A DNA stretch of 39,683 nt from Candidatus Woesearchaeota archaeon (GTDB lineage Archaea; Nanobdellota; Nanobdellia; Woesearchaeales; 21-14-0-10-32-9): NCBI GenBank assembly GCA_007117755.1, contig SKFY01000039.1, positions 1 through 39,683 of the forward strand, written 5' to 3'. This document shows positions 16,645 through 26,150 of the stretch, one piece after another; position 1 is the stretch's first letter, and every line of letters begins with the position of its first letter. A model generated the notes under the pieces. It did no database searches and was not told the DNA's origin. It saw nothing but the letters and a program-made list of their open reading frames with translations. Made by a program: the position numbers and the translations under genes.

Positions 16645-17276
16645 CTAAAAAATTTTATACAAAAAGTAGAAAGACATTATTAGTGACTTTATTATTAGTG
16701 AGTTTTATAATGGGATATATGAGTGGATGGCTAACTTCTGAACAGACAATTTCTGATTTAGAATTAGAAATAGAAAGTCTTAACTTAGATATAAGATCTG
16801 TAAATCAAAGAGTTCAGTTTTCTAAATATTTCGGGGATATATGTGAGCCAGAGCACATAGATTTTATAGGTCGTCGTATATACGAAACAGGTATAGAATT
16901 AGACCGTCTTGAAAGAAGAGGTTTGGAAGACACTAATGATTATATTATTTTAAAACAAAGACATAACGTTAACCAAGTATTGTTTTATACAGAGCTTAAA
17001 AAGTTTAAAGAAGAATGCGAATATGATAAAAACATAATTTTGTTCTTTTTTGACGGGTCAGAAGGAGAAGAAGCAAGAGCGCAAGGAGAAGAAATAAGTA
17101 TTGCGATAGAAGAAAGAGATGTTATTGTTTTACCTATGGATTATGGATACACAAACTATATAAGCTATTTCTATGACTACCACTCTATAAATGAATTACC
17201 AGCTTTAGTTATTAATTACGATACTACACTAGAAGGATTTAGTGAAGCTGATGTTATAGAGACTTATTTAAAATGA
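16641..17276 (+). CDS. Membrane-anchored hypothetical protein with a probable thioredoxin-like C-terminal domain (no CxxC)
   Basis: N-terminal TM, two lone Cys, ILFFFD...QG.EI...VIVLPMD...I.ELPALVIN...EGF; paralogous to 14674-15378. Confidence 0.6.
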   Translation: MTKKFYTKSRKTLLVTLLLVSFIMGYMSGWLTSEQTISDLELEIESLNLDIRSVNQRVQFSKYFGDICEPEHIDFIGRRIYETGIELDRLERRGLEDTNDYIILKQRHNVNQVLFYTELKKFKEECEYDKNIILFFFDGSEGEEARAQGEEISIAIEERDVIVLPMDYGYTNYISYFYDYHSINELPALVINYDTTLEGFSEADVIETYLK

Positions 17277-17974
17277 AACTGTCTATTATCATACCTGCTT
17301 ATAACGAAGAATCAGTTTTGAGAAGTAGTTTGCAAAAAACCAAGGATTATTTTAAACAAAAAAAGTATTCTTATGAAATAATAGTTATAGATGACGGTAG
17401 CGAAGATAAGACAAGAAAAATAGCTGAAGAAGAAAAAGCTGTGCTTAATAAGAAGAGAACTAATAAAGGAAAAGGATACTCTGTTAAAGAAGGAGTAAGA
17501 CTGGCTAAGGGAGATTATATTCTTTATATGGATGCTGATATGTCCACCCCCCTAGAAGAGCTAAAGATTTTTTTACAGTACATAAAAAAATATGATATTG
17601 TTATAGCTTCAAGAAAAACTCCTGATTCTTTAGTAAAAACTAGGTTTTACAAAAAAATTTTGGGAAGAATAAGCCATTTACCTATAAAATTATTATTAGT
17701 TAATGATATTAAAGACACACAATGCGGTTTTAAATTATTTAAGAAAGAAGTGGCTAAGAGACTTTTTAAAATGCAAAAGATAATGAGATGGGGTTTTGAT
17801 TTTGAAATTCTTTTTTTAGCCCAAAAAAATGGTTACGTAATTAAAGAGAAGGGAGTTAGATGGGTGGAGGATAAGAATAGTAAAGTTAAATTAATTGATT
17901 ATCCTAAGACTATGATTGAGCTTTTTAAAATAAAATATTATGATTATAAGGGTTACTATGATACAAAAAATTAA
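17273..17974 (+). CDS. Polyprenyl/dolichyl-phosphate hexose synthase (GT2, ALG5/GtrB-like)
   Basis: LSIIIPAYNEE, DDGS.D, GKGYSV, MDADMSTP, DTQCGFKLF, WGFD.E. Confidence 0.9.
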   Translation: MKLSIIIPAYNEESVLRSSLQKTKDYFKQKKYSYEIIVIDDGSEDKTRKIAEEEKAVLNKKRTNKGKGYSVKEGVRLAKGDYILYMDADMSTPLEELKIFLQYIKKYDIVIASRKTPDSLVKTRFYKKILGRISHLPIKLLLVNDIKDTQCGFKLFKKEVAKRLFKMQKIMRWGFDFEILFLAQKNGYVIKEKGVRWVEDKNSKVKLIDYPKTMIELFKIKYYDYKGYYDTKN

Positions 17975-19526
17975 GGAATATGTTAAAGCAAATAAGTATT
18001 TGCTAATGCTTTTCTTATTTAGCACGGCATATTTTCTTTATCAAAAAAGCATGGGTAATTCATGGGATTTTAATGCTTTTGTTTTAAACGCGGAGTATTT
18101 GTTTGGAGACGGATTATATTTCGAAACTTTAAGACCTCCTTTAATGCCAGTTATTATAGGATTAATAAGTTTGTTAACAACTACCCTGGTTGCTGAGTAC
18201 ATATATATTATTTTAGTAGCAGTACTTTTTTTTATATCAAGTGTTTATTTGGCTAAGGCGTTAGGGTTTAACGAGGTTATTTATTATGGTTTGTCACTTA
18301 ACATTTTTGTATTGACGTGGGGCTTGGTTAATGGAACAGAATTGTTAAGTTATTCTCTTATGCAATTAATGATTCTTTTTTTAGTTAAAGAAAGAATCAC
18401 CGGAGGTTTTTTTCTTGGCTTAGCATCCTTAGCAAGATACAGTAACCTAATCTTTTTCCCTTTCTTGTTATTACAAAAAAATATTAAGAAAATAGTTCTT
18501 TCTTTATTTTTATTCGGCTTAACACTTATTCCATGGTTAACGTATAATTTTATTAAAACAGGTAATTTTTTAACGAGTATAGCAGATCAATACGCAAATA
18601 ATATTTTATTCAGACAAAGTTTTTTAAATAATTCTTATGATAATTACTTAATAGATTTTTTATCAGTGACTAATTTTTTATTAATACCTGCTTTGATAGG
18701 TATAGGAGGCTTTTTGTTTTTAATTTATAATTATTTAATTTTTAATAAAAATAAAAGCGTTAGGAATATTTGGGATTTTATCATAAAGAATAAAGTAAGT
18801 TTGGTTATGTTAATAATACTTATTTATACAACTTATAGTTATTTAGGAATACCTTTGAAACACGCGCGTTATTTGTTTTTAAATTTATTACCACTTACTT
18901 ACTTTGCGTATAAAGGCTTAGAAATAGTAAGTAATTTTTTTAAAACAAAAAAGTATTCTTTTAAGAAAATAATGACATACTTATTTTTAATCATCTTATT
19001 ATTAAATGTGACTAGTTTAGTATATTTAGAAAGTAGTAATACTATTTATTATGAAAGCATATTGGGATACGAGTATATGCGTGATAAAGTAGAGGAGTTA
19101 GGAATTAGTGATTGTGAGTTAATGTCTAATGTCTGGGTCCCCCTTAATTATTTGGGATTGAGTAGTCAACCATTCCCACGGGATTTTCAGATAAATAGTA
19201 AGTTAGATGAAGGTTATAATCTTTTAATAGTGCATTCAGTAGGCGACCCCGAGTATAGCAGTGATAAGGATTTTTTAGAAAGCTTTCCTATTTTATACCA
19301 AGCGCCACATTACATTATTTTAGGAACGGATAATTGTAAAGAAAGATATGTTTATGATATTACCTACACTGAAGAGATTAAAAACATTTATTTAGAGAGA
19401 GAAAACATTGAGTTAAATATTAATCCTTGTTTTTTAATGTTTAGAAATTATGGCTTATTAGAAAAAACTTGTAATTTCTTTAATATGAAAGGATTTGAAA
19501 AAGATGAAAACAGAGAGATATTATGA
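17958..19526 (+). CDS. GT-C superfamily (ArnT/PMT-like) multi-pass glycosyltransferase
   Basis: About 11-12 TM helices; WD in the first loop, RPPL.P, TE, LARY, K.ARYL; soluble C-terminal domain; ATG 17958 preferred. Confidence 0.75.
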   Translation: MIQKIKEYVKANKYLLMLFLFSTAYFLYQKSMGNSWDFNAFVLNAEYLFGDGLYFETLRPPLMPVIIGLISLLTTTLVAEYIYIILVAVLFFISSVYLAKALGFNEVIYYGLSLNIFVLTWGLVNGTELLSYSLMQLMILFLVKERITGGFFLGLASLARYSNLIFFPFLLLQKNIKKIVLSLFLFGLTLIPWLTYNFIKTGNFLTSIADQYANNILFRQSFLNNSYDNYLIDFLSVTNFLLIPALIGIGGFLFLIYNYLIFNKNKSVRNIWDFIIKNKVSLVMLIILIYTTYSYLGIPLKHARYLFLNLLPLTYFAYKGLEIVSNFFKTKKYSFKKIMTYLFLIILLLNVTSLVYLESSNTIYYESILGYEYMRDKVEELGISDCELMSNVWVPLNYLGLSSQPFPRDFQINSKLDEGYNLLIVHSVGDPEYSSDKDFLESFPILYQAPHYIILGTDNCKERYVYDITYTEEIKNIYLERENIELNINPCFLMFRNYGLLEKTCNFFNMKGFEKDENREIL

Positions 19527-19969
19527 AGCTGAAAAACGAATTAAAAAAAATTAATTTTTTCAATCCCCTAGATTGGTATAGGTTTTTTAGTAAAATAAGA
19601 TTTGTTAGTTTTTTATTAGTAGGCGGAACAGGAGTATTGCTTAATTTGACAATAGTTACTGTTTTAACAGAGTTTTTTTTAGGAAGAGAATTATATTTCT
19701 ATAGTTATTTAATAGGCTTATTCAGTAACTTAACATATAATTTTATTCTATTTACAAAAATAACTTTCAAAACTAAGAAGAACCATAAAAAAAGATATGT
19801 GGTTTATATTACGTATAGCTTAATTATGAGTTTTATACAAGCAATAACCGTGAGGCACATAGTGAACGTGGTAGGAGTAGATTTTTATTTAATAGTTATA
19901 GCCAGCATAATTTTTGTTTTCTCAATTATTAACTTTATGAATTTTAAATTATGGCTTTTTAAAGATTAA
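19523..19969 (+). CDS. GtrA-family lipid-sugar flippase
   Basis: F.LVGGTGVLLNL, NF....ITF, NF...KLW.F; 4 TM. Confidence 0.88.
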   Translation: MKLKNELKKINFFNPLDWYRFFSKIRFVSFLLVGGTGVLLNLTIVTVLTEFFLGRELYFYSYLIGLFSNLTYNFILFTKITFKTKKNHKKRYVVYITYSLIMSFIQAITVRHIVNVVGVDFYLIVIASIIFVFSIINFMNFKLWLFKD

Positions 19970-21411
19970 ATTTTTTCATCAATTATTTTCTTTAAATCTT
20001 TTATTTTTATTCTATCTTGCTCACTAGTATCCCTATACCTTATAGTAATAGAATCATCATCTAAAGACTCAAAATCTACTGTGAGACAAAGAGGCGTGCC
20101 GATTTCATCCTGTCTAGCATAACGCCTACCAATACTCCCTGTAGCGTCAAAAACAACATCATAATCCTTTTTTAAATCATCAAAAACTTGTCTAGCTTTA
20201 GAAACTAATTCAGGCTTGTTTTTTAACAAAGGAAAAACAGCTATTTTTACAGGACTTAAAAAAGGCGCCAAACTTAATAAGTTGTTACCATCTTTTTCTT
20301 TTAAATTTAAATCAATTAAAGCATAAATATTTCTATCAACACCAAAACTCAACTCTAATACGTGAGGAATATATTTTTTACCAGTTTTATCATCTAAAAC
20401 TTCTTGATTCTGACTGCTTTGTTTTTGATGACCTTTTAAATCATGATCTGTTCTATAATGAACACCACCTATCTCTGTCCAGCCTAAGCCTTTAAGATCA
20501 GCTTCTATATCGTAATGATACTTGTTATAGAATGCTTTTTCATCATCTTTTAACTCAGCAAATCTTATAACTTCTTTTTTAAAATTTAAAACTTCGTAAT
20601 AAAACTTTTGAACCATGACTAAATGATAAACGTAGAAAACAGGAATTTTTTTAGCTAATTCTTTAGCTTTGACTTCAATAACTTTTTTTCTATCATCACC
20701 AGGAAGTATTCTTAATACATAGTTCTCAACTGATTTAAAATCATCACATTCATTTATTTTTTCAGGATTAAAAAATATTTGTAGCTCGGCTTGAGTAAAA
20801 CCTCTTTGTCTAATTGTGAAGTTCCTAGGACTTATTTCGTTCCTATAAGCACGACCTATAGAGGCTAAGCCAACAGGTATTTTTTTTCTTAAGTATTCAT
20901 GCTGTCTTTTAAAATTAATATAAGGACTTTGAGCAGTTTCAGGTCTTAAATAAGCTTCTACACCTCGGCCCATGTTTATGGGGAACATTAAATTCATAAC
21001 ATCAACTTTTACTATATCAGAACCATCTACAGAAGATTTTATATTATTTTTTTTAATTAAATCAAATAATTTCTTAGTAGAATAACCCTCAACCATTTTT
21101 TTTAAGTGTTTGGATACTAAGTGATCTGCTCTTTCTAACTGACCAGTTTTGCTTATAGCAACAGGATCTACAAAGTTGTCTAAATGACCACTGGCTTTAA
21201 AAACATCTTTATGCATTATTTCACTTGCTTCAATCTCTACATAGTCATTACTTAGATTCAGGAAGTACTTTCTCCATTTATTCTCGAAATTATTTTTTAA
21301 AGATTTACCGTGATGACCATAGTCGTAAAAACCAGCTAATCCCCCATATAAGTCATTACTAGGGTACATGAATCCTTTTTTTTTACAAAAATCAGGTGTT
21401 GAAATTGCCAT
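19966..21411 (-). CDS. glyS: Glycine-tRNA ligase (alpha2, archaeal/eukaryal type)
   Basis: YGGLAGFYDYG, ASGH...F.DP, YLRPETAQ, RNEISPR, PHVLE.SFGVDR, SIGRRYARQDEIGTP. Confidence 0.95.
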   Translation of the reverse strand: MAISTPDFCKKKGFMYPSNDLYGGLAGFYDYGHHGKSLKNNFENKWRKYFLNLSNDYVEIEASEIMHKDVFKASGHLDNFVDPVAISKTGQLERADHLVSKHLKKMVEGYSTKKLFDLIKKNNIKSSVDGSDIVKVDVMNLMFPINMGRGVEAYLRPETAQSPYINFKRQHEYLRKKIPVGLASIGRAYRNEISPRNFTIRQRGFTQAELQIFFNPEKINECDDFKSVENYVLRILPGDDRKKVIEVKAKELAKKIPVFYVYHLVMVQKFYYEVLNFKKEVIRFAELKDDEKAFYNKYHYDIEADLKGLGWTEIGGVHYRTDHDLKGHQKQSSQNQEVLDDKTGKKYIPHVLELSFGVDRNIYALIDLNLKEKDGNNLLSLAPFLSPVKIAVFPLLKNKPELVSKARQVFDDLKKDYDVVFDATGSIGRRYARQDEIGTPLCLTVDFESLDDDSITIRYRDTSEQDRIKIKDLKKIIDEKI

Positions 21412-21515
21412 GTTCTTATTAGTTGATAAGTTTTATATTATAATATTTTTGGTTTTCTGAAGATAAAATAAAAATAGAAAGATTTTTCTTGATAAACCAC
21501 TTACCCCTTATTGTA

Positions 21516-22253
21516 ATGGTTAGGAAATCAAGAAAATCTCGAGAGGAATGGAAGATTTATAATAACGTATTTGACCAATTCACTACTAGACTTATACACG
21601 AGTTATCAGGAAAAGGATATTTTAAAGATTTGAAGAGTAATCTCGGACTAGGCAAGGAAGCTAATGTTTTCTTAGCAGATAAAGATGATGAATACATAAT
21701 TGTTAAGATTTACAGATTGGAAAATGCTAATTTTAACAAGATGTATAGTTATATTAATGCGGATCCGAGATTTACAGGTTTAGAAAATCAAAGAAGAAAA
21801 ATAATTTTTACGTGGGCTCAGAGAGAATACAGAAATTTAATGGTGGCTAGAGAATACATCAGGGTTCCTTTACCTATAGGTGTTAAGAATCATGTTTTGA
21901 TGATGGAGAGTATAGGTGGATTAAATCCTTCTCCTATGCTTAAAGATAAGTTCCCAGAGGATCCGGAGAGTTTCTATAAAGAAGTTTTAGTTAATGTTAA
22001 AGGTTTGTTAAAAGCAGGCTTAGTACACGGGGATTTGTCAGAATTCAATATTCTTAATCATCATGAAAAACCAGTTTTTATTGATTTTAGTCAAGGAACT
22101 AGTATAAAAACTTTTAATGCTTGGGAATTATTAGAGAGGGATTTGAATAATGTTAATAATTATTTCTCCAGAAAAAAAGTTGATGTGGATAAAGAAAAAG
22201 TTATTAGTGATTTTAAGAAAGAATTTGATAAATGTCTGACAACGTTTAAATAA
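21516..22253 (+). CDS. rio1: RIO1-family Ser/Thr kinase
   Basis: GKEANVF, VKIYR, WAQREYRNL, LVHGDLSEFNIL, FIDFSQ, LERD; ATG 21516 preferred over TTG 21489. Confidence 0.93.
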   Translation: MVRKSRKSREEWKIYNNVFDQFTTRLIHELSGKGYFKDLKSNLGLGKEANVFLADKDDEYIIVKIYRLENANFNKMYSYINADPRFTGLENQRRKIIFTWAQREYRNLMVAREYIRVPLPIGVKNHVLMMESIGGLNPSPMLKDKFPEDPESFYKEVLVNVKGLLKAGLVHGDLSEFNILNHHEKPVFIDFSQGTSIKTFNAWELLERDLNNVNNYFSRKKVDVDKEKVISDFKKEFDKCLTTFK

Positions 22254-22276
22254 TAGGTGTGATTTTCTATTGGTTT

Positions 22277-22828
22277 ATGGAGTATAGCTACGAAGTTAAG
22301 ATACCTAAGGAAAGAATAGCAGTTCTTATAGGTAAGAAAGGCTCTGAGAAGAAGGATTTGGAAGATATAAGTAGTAGTAAGATTGATGTTGATTCTAAAG
22401 AAGGAGATGTTAGGGTTACTGGAAGTGACAGTCTTAAAATATTTGCTCTTAGAGAAGTTGTTAAAGCTATAGGTAGAGGTTTTAATCCAGATATTGCAAA
22501 GTTATTGTTAAAACAAGATTATGTTCTTGAATTGATAAGCGTTGAAGAATTCGTTCCTAATAAGAATCATTTAGAGAGGATTAAAGGAAGAGTTATAGGT
22601 GCTAAAGGAAAGTCAAGGGGAACTATAGAGAAAATGACTGATACATTTATTAGTGTATATGGAAAGACCATAGGGATAATAGGTAGCGCGGACAAAGTAG
22701 GAGTGGCTAAGCAAGCAGTAGAGAGTTTGTTAAACGGAAGCCCTCATAGTAATGTTTATACTTATTTAGAAAAACAAAAAACTAATTTGAAGAAAAAAGA
22801 GAAGTTAGATTGGTATCATCCTTCTTGA
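22277..22828 (+). CDS. KH-domain RNA-processing protein (Dim2/Pno1-like)
   Basis: IPKERIAVLIGKKG, AIGRGF.P, RIKGRVIG.KG, VYGKT, GSPHSNVY; ATG 22277. Confidence 0.92.
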   Translation: MEYSYEVKIPKERIAVLIGKKGSEKKDLEDISSSKIDVDSKEGDVRVTGSDSLKIFALREVVKAIGRGFNPDIAKLLLKQDYVLELISVEEFVPNKNHLERIKGRVIGAKGKSRGTIEKMTDTFISVYGKTIGIIGSADKVGVAKQAVESLLNGSPHSNVYTYLEKQKTNLKKKEKLDWYHPS

Positions 22829-23283
22829 AATAATATCATTTCTTTAGCTCTGTAACAAGCAGATCTTTCAACAACGTCTTCTAAGTAATAACAATCAAAA
22901 TCTTCTTCAACGATTTTATCCATGTAACAATCTTCTTTATCAAATACGTCTTCACATCTCAACCCAGTACTTTCCTCGTCACTAGGGATTTCCAAGTCAT
23001 CATTATTTATTATATCCGGACTGTTCTGAACAGAATTTATTTGTTCTCCATTAGGAACACTTTCATAATAAACTATTAGTAAAGAAGAAGACACTCCTAT
23101 AGTTATAACAAAAAATAATAGTAATACATATAATTTAGCATGTGATGTCTTTGTAGCTTTAGCAATAGCCTCATCTACTTCTTTAGGGGACCAACCATTT
23201 TGTACAAGGTTGTTTCTTATTAAAACTAAATCCACACCTCTTTTATACTCTTTTTTAACATACTTATAAATTTCTTTATTCAT
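22816..23283 (-). CDS. Single-pass membrane hypothetical protein with a Cys-rich C-terminus
   Basis: N-terminal YV....RG....IR..L...GW....VDEA helical module, TM, acidic linker, two C-x(8-11)-CY units. Confidence 0.65.
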   Translation of the reverse strand: MNKEIYKYVKKEYKRGVDLVLIRNNLVQNGWSPKEVDEAIAKATKTSHAKLYVLLLFFVITIGVSSSLLIVYYESVPNGEQINSVQNSPDIINNDDLEIPSDEESTGLRCEDVFDKEDCYMDKIVEEDFDCYYLEDVVERSACYRAKEMILFQEG

Positions 23284-23390
23284 AAAACTTATTTAGACAA
23301 ATGCTAATGGTTATTAAAATAGTTTTTGGATTGAATAAAGTTCTAACAACAAAAAGTTTATTAATAAAACCCTAACAATCAATTAATTGA

Positions 23391-25034
23391 ATGGATAAAC
23401 AATACAAAGCTCACGAATTAGCTAAAGGACAAAGAGATATTAGTATAGCTGAGTTTTTCGAGAGGAATAGACACTTATTAGGTTTTGATAATAAAAGAAA
23501 AGCACTTTTAACCACTATTAAAGAAGCAGTAGATAATAGTATAGATGCATGTGAAGAGTCAGAAATTCTACCCGAGATCATTGTTGAAATAATAGATATG
23601 GGTAATGACAAGTACAGAGTAGTAGTTGAAGATAACGGACCCGGAATTGTTAAGGAGCAAATACCAAAGATATTCGCCAAGCTTTTGTACGGTAGTAAGT
23701 TTCATAAACTTAAAATGCAAAGAGGACAACAAGGTATTGGTATTAGCGCAGCTGTTATGTATGCACAGTTAACCACGGGTAAACCAGCGAGGATAACAAG
23801 TAAGATTCATAAAGACGAACCTGCTTTGTATATGGAAGTTAAAATTAATACGGATACTAATAATCCAGAAGTTTTGAGTTCTGAGAATAAAGAATGGTAT
23901 AAAGAACAAGGTACTAGAATAGAGATAGATTTGGAAGCTACTTATTTTAAAGGAAAACAGAGCGTGGATGAATATCTTAAACAAACAGCAATTATTAATC
24001 CACACGTAACCATTATTTACCAACCTCCTAAAGGAGATCAGATAATGCTTGTCAGAGTTAGTGAAGAAAAACCTGTGCTTCCCAATGAGATTAAACCTCA
24101 TCCTTACGGAGTAGAATTAGGCATGCTTATGAAGATGCTTGAGAAAACCCAAACTAAGACTGTTAAACAGTTTTTACGAGAGGATTTTTCTAAAGTAGGA
24201 AATAAGACTGCAGAGGATATTTTAGAAAATGCAGGTATACTAAGTAAGACTAAGCCTAAACAGATTAATAGGGATATGGCTGAGCGATTAATTAAAGGAA
24301 TTAGAGAAACAAAGATAATGATGCCACCTACTGATTGTATAGTCCCAATAGGCGCGGATTTGTTAGAAAAAGGTTTGAAAAAAGAAGTGAATGCAGAGTT
24401 CTACGCCACTGTTAGTAGAAGCCCAAATGTTTACAGAGGTAATCCATTTTTAGTAGAGGCAAGTTTAGCATTCGGAGGTATGATTGAGAAGGAAGGGAGT
24501 GTTGAGTTAATGAGATTCGCCAACCGGGTTCCTTTATTATACCAACAAGGAGGTTGTGGATTTACAGAAGGAGTTGTTAAGACCGGTTGGAAATCCTACG
24601 GAATACAACAAAGTAATGGGAGTATGCCACAAGGACCTGTAGTTTTAGTTTTACACATAGCTAGTGTTTGGGTGCCTTTTACGAGTGAAGCTAAGGAAGC
24701 TATTGCTCATTATCCAGAGATTATAAAAGAGGTTAAATTAGCTATTCAAGAATTAGGAAGAGATTTAGGCAAGTACATTAATAAAAAGAAAAAGGTAGGT
24801 GCTGAACTTAAGAAGAGAAGCTATATCGAAACATACATACCACATATAACAGAGGCATTGACTGAGTTAATAGATAAGCCAGAAGAGAAGGATTCCTTAA
24901 GTAAAAATTTAAGTGTTTTATTAGAGAAACAAAGAGGAGAAGTTGAAAGTTTAGATTTTGATCCTACTAAGAATACTGAGTACGATGAAGAATTGAAAAA
25001 AATAAGTATGGAAGAGGAGTATGATGAAGAATAA
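23391..25034 (+). CDS. top6B: DNA topoisomerase VI subunit B
   Basis: [66 protein letters not shown]. Confidence 0.97.
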   Translation: MDKQYKAHELAKGQRDISIAEFFERNRHLLGFDNKRKALLTTIKEAVDNSIDACEESEILPEIIVEIIDMGNDKYRVVVEDNGPGIVKEQIPKIFAKLLYGSKFHKLKMQRGQQGIGISAAVMYAQLTTGKPARITSKIHKDEPALYMEVKINTDTNNPEVLSSENKEWYKEQGTRIEIDLEATYFKGKQSVDEYLKQTAIINPHVTIIYQPPKGDQIMLVRVSEEKPVLPNEIKPHPYGVELGMLMKMLEKTQTKTVKQFLREDFSKVGNKTAEDILENAGILSKTKPKQINRDMAERLIKGIRETKIMMPPTDCIVPIGADLLEKGLKKEVNAEFYATVSRSPNVYRGNPFLVEASLAFGGMIEKEGSVELMRFANRVPLLYQQGGCGFTEGVVKTGWKSYGIQQSNGSMPQGPVVLVLHIASVWVPFTSEAKEAIAHYPEIIKEVKLAIQELGRDLGKYINKKKKVGAELKKRSYIETYIPHITEALTELIDKPEEKDSLSKNLSVLLEKQRGEVESLDFDPTKNTEYDEELKKISMEEEYDEE

Positions 25035-26109
25035 AACTCTTGATGAAATAAAGAAGACAGCAGAGAGACTATATAATAATATAAAGAGGTTGGAAAAAGC
25101 AGAGTTAACCACCCCTGTTAGGAGTTTGTCTAACGTTACTTATAATGAAAAAGACGGCTTTTTTGATTTGAAAGGTAAGATTAAGAAGAGAACACTGACT
25201 GCTAATACTGTTAAAACTTTTGCTCAAACACTAAGAGTTATGACTCTTTCTAAAAGCCTAGTGGAGACTGAAGATATAGCTACTAAGAGAGAGGCTTATT
25301 ACGTTAGTAAGAATTGGTCAGAAGCACGCTTTAATGAACAGAACGAATCAGATAGTGTTATGGATGATTTGGAAGCTATGTTCGGTGTTAATCGTGAACA
25401 AATGGGTTTCATCGCTGATGAACACGGAGGTAGCGTAGCAGGTGAGCTAATAGTTGTTGATAAAGATGCTTCTACAGGTGAAAGGTTAGAAATTGATTGT
25501 ACTAAGTTTGGAAGCGGAGCATATAGTATTCCTAGTGACGTTGAGCATTTAGAGTTCAAAACTAAAGCTAAAGCCGTAATTGCTATTGAAACAAATGGTA
25601 TGTTTGAAAGGTTAAATAAGCATAGTTTTTGGAAGAAGGAACATTGTATATTAGTTAGTATGGGAGGAGTTCCTACTAGAGCCTGTAGGCGTTTTATTAG
25701 AAGATTGAGCGATTCTAATAATTTACCCGTTTATGTTTTTACAGACGGAGATTTTTACGGTTACTTTAATATTTATAGAACTTTAAAAGTGGGTAGTGGA
25801 AACGCTGCTCATATTAATGAATTTTTTTGTGTTCCCCGAGCTAAGTTTATAGGTATAACTCCTCAAGATATTAAGGATTATAAATTACCCACGCATCCTT
25901 TAAAAGATGTTGATATTAAGAGAGGTAAAGACGCTATTAAGAACGATCCTTTTGTTCATAATTATAAAGAATGGCAGGAAGCTATTAAGGAACAAACTAA
26001 GATGGGTGTTAGAGCTGAACAACAAGCATTAGCTAAACACGGATTGAATTTCGTAGTTAGTGATTATTTGCCTGAAAAACTAAAAAAACCTGTTACATGG
26101 CTACCTTGA
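25021..26109 (+). CDS. top6A: DNA topoisomerase VI subunit A
   Basis: TKREAYY (catalytic Tyr), Q.ESD...DDLE, IET.GMF.RL, GVPTRA.RRF, FTDGD.YG, AEQQA. Confidence 0.97.
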   Translation: MMKNKTLDEIKKTAERLYNNIKRLEKAELTTPVRSLSNVTYNEKDGFFDLKGKIKKRTLTANTVKTFAQTLRVMTLSKSLVETEDIATKREAYYVSKNWSEARFNEQNESDSVMDDLEAMFGVNREQMGFIADEHGGSVAGELIVVDKDASTGERLEIDCTKFGSGAYSIPSDVEHLEFKTKAKAVIAIETNGMFERLNKHSFWKKEHCILVSMGGVPTRACRRFIRRLSDSNNLPVYVFTDGDFYGYFNIYRTLKVGSGNAAHINEFFCVPRAKFIGITPQDIKDYKLPTHPLKDVDIKRGKDAIKNDPFVHNYKEWQEAIKEQTKMGVRAEQQALAKHGLNFVVSDYLPEKLKKPVTWLP

Positions 26110-26111
26110 AC

Positions 26112-26126
26112 AAAAAGCTTTATAAA
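26112..26126 (+). promoter_or_regulatory. BRE/TATA promoter of the surface-protein locus
   Basis: AAAAAGC-TTTATAAA ending 24 nt before ATG 26151. Confidence 0.6.
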
Positions 26127-26150
26127 TAATATTCTTCAGTACTATTTATT

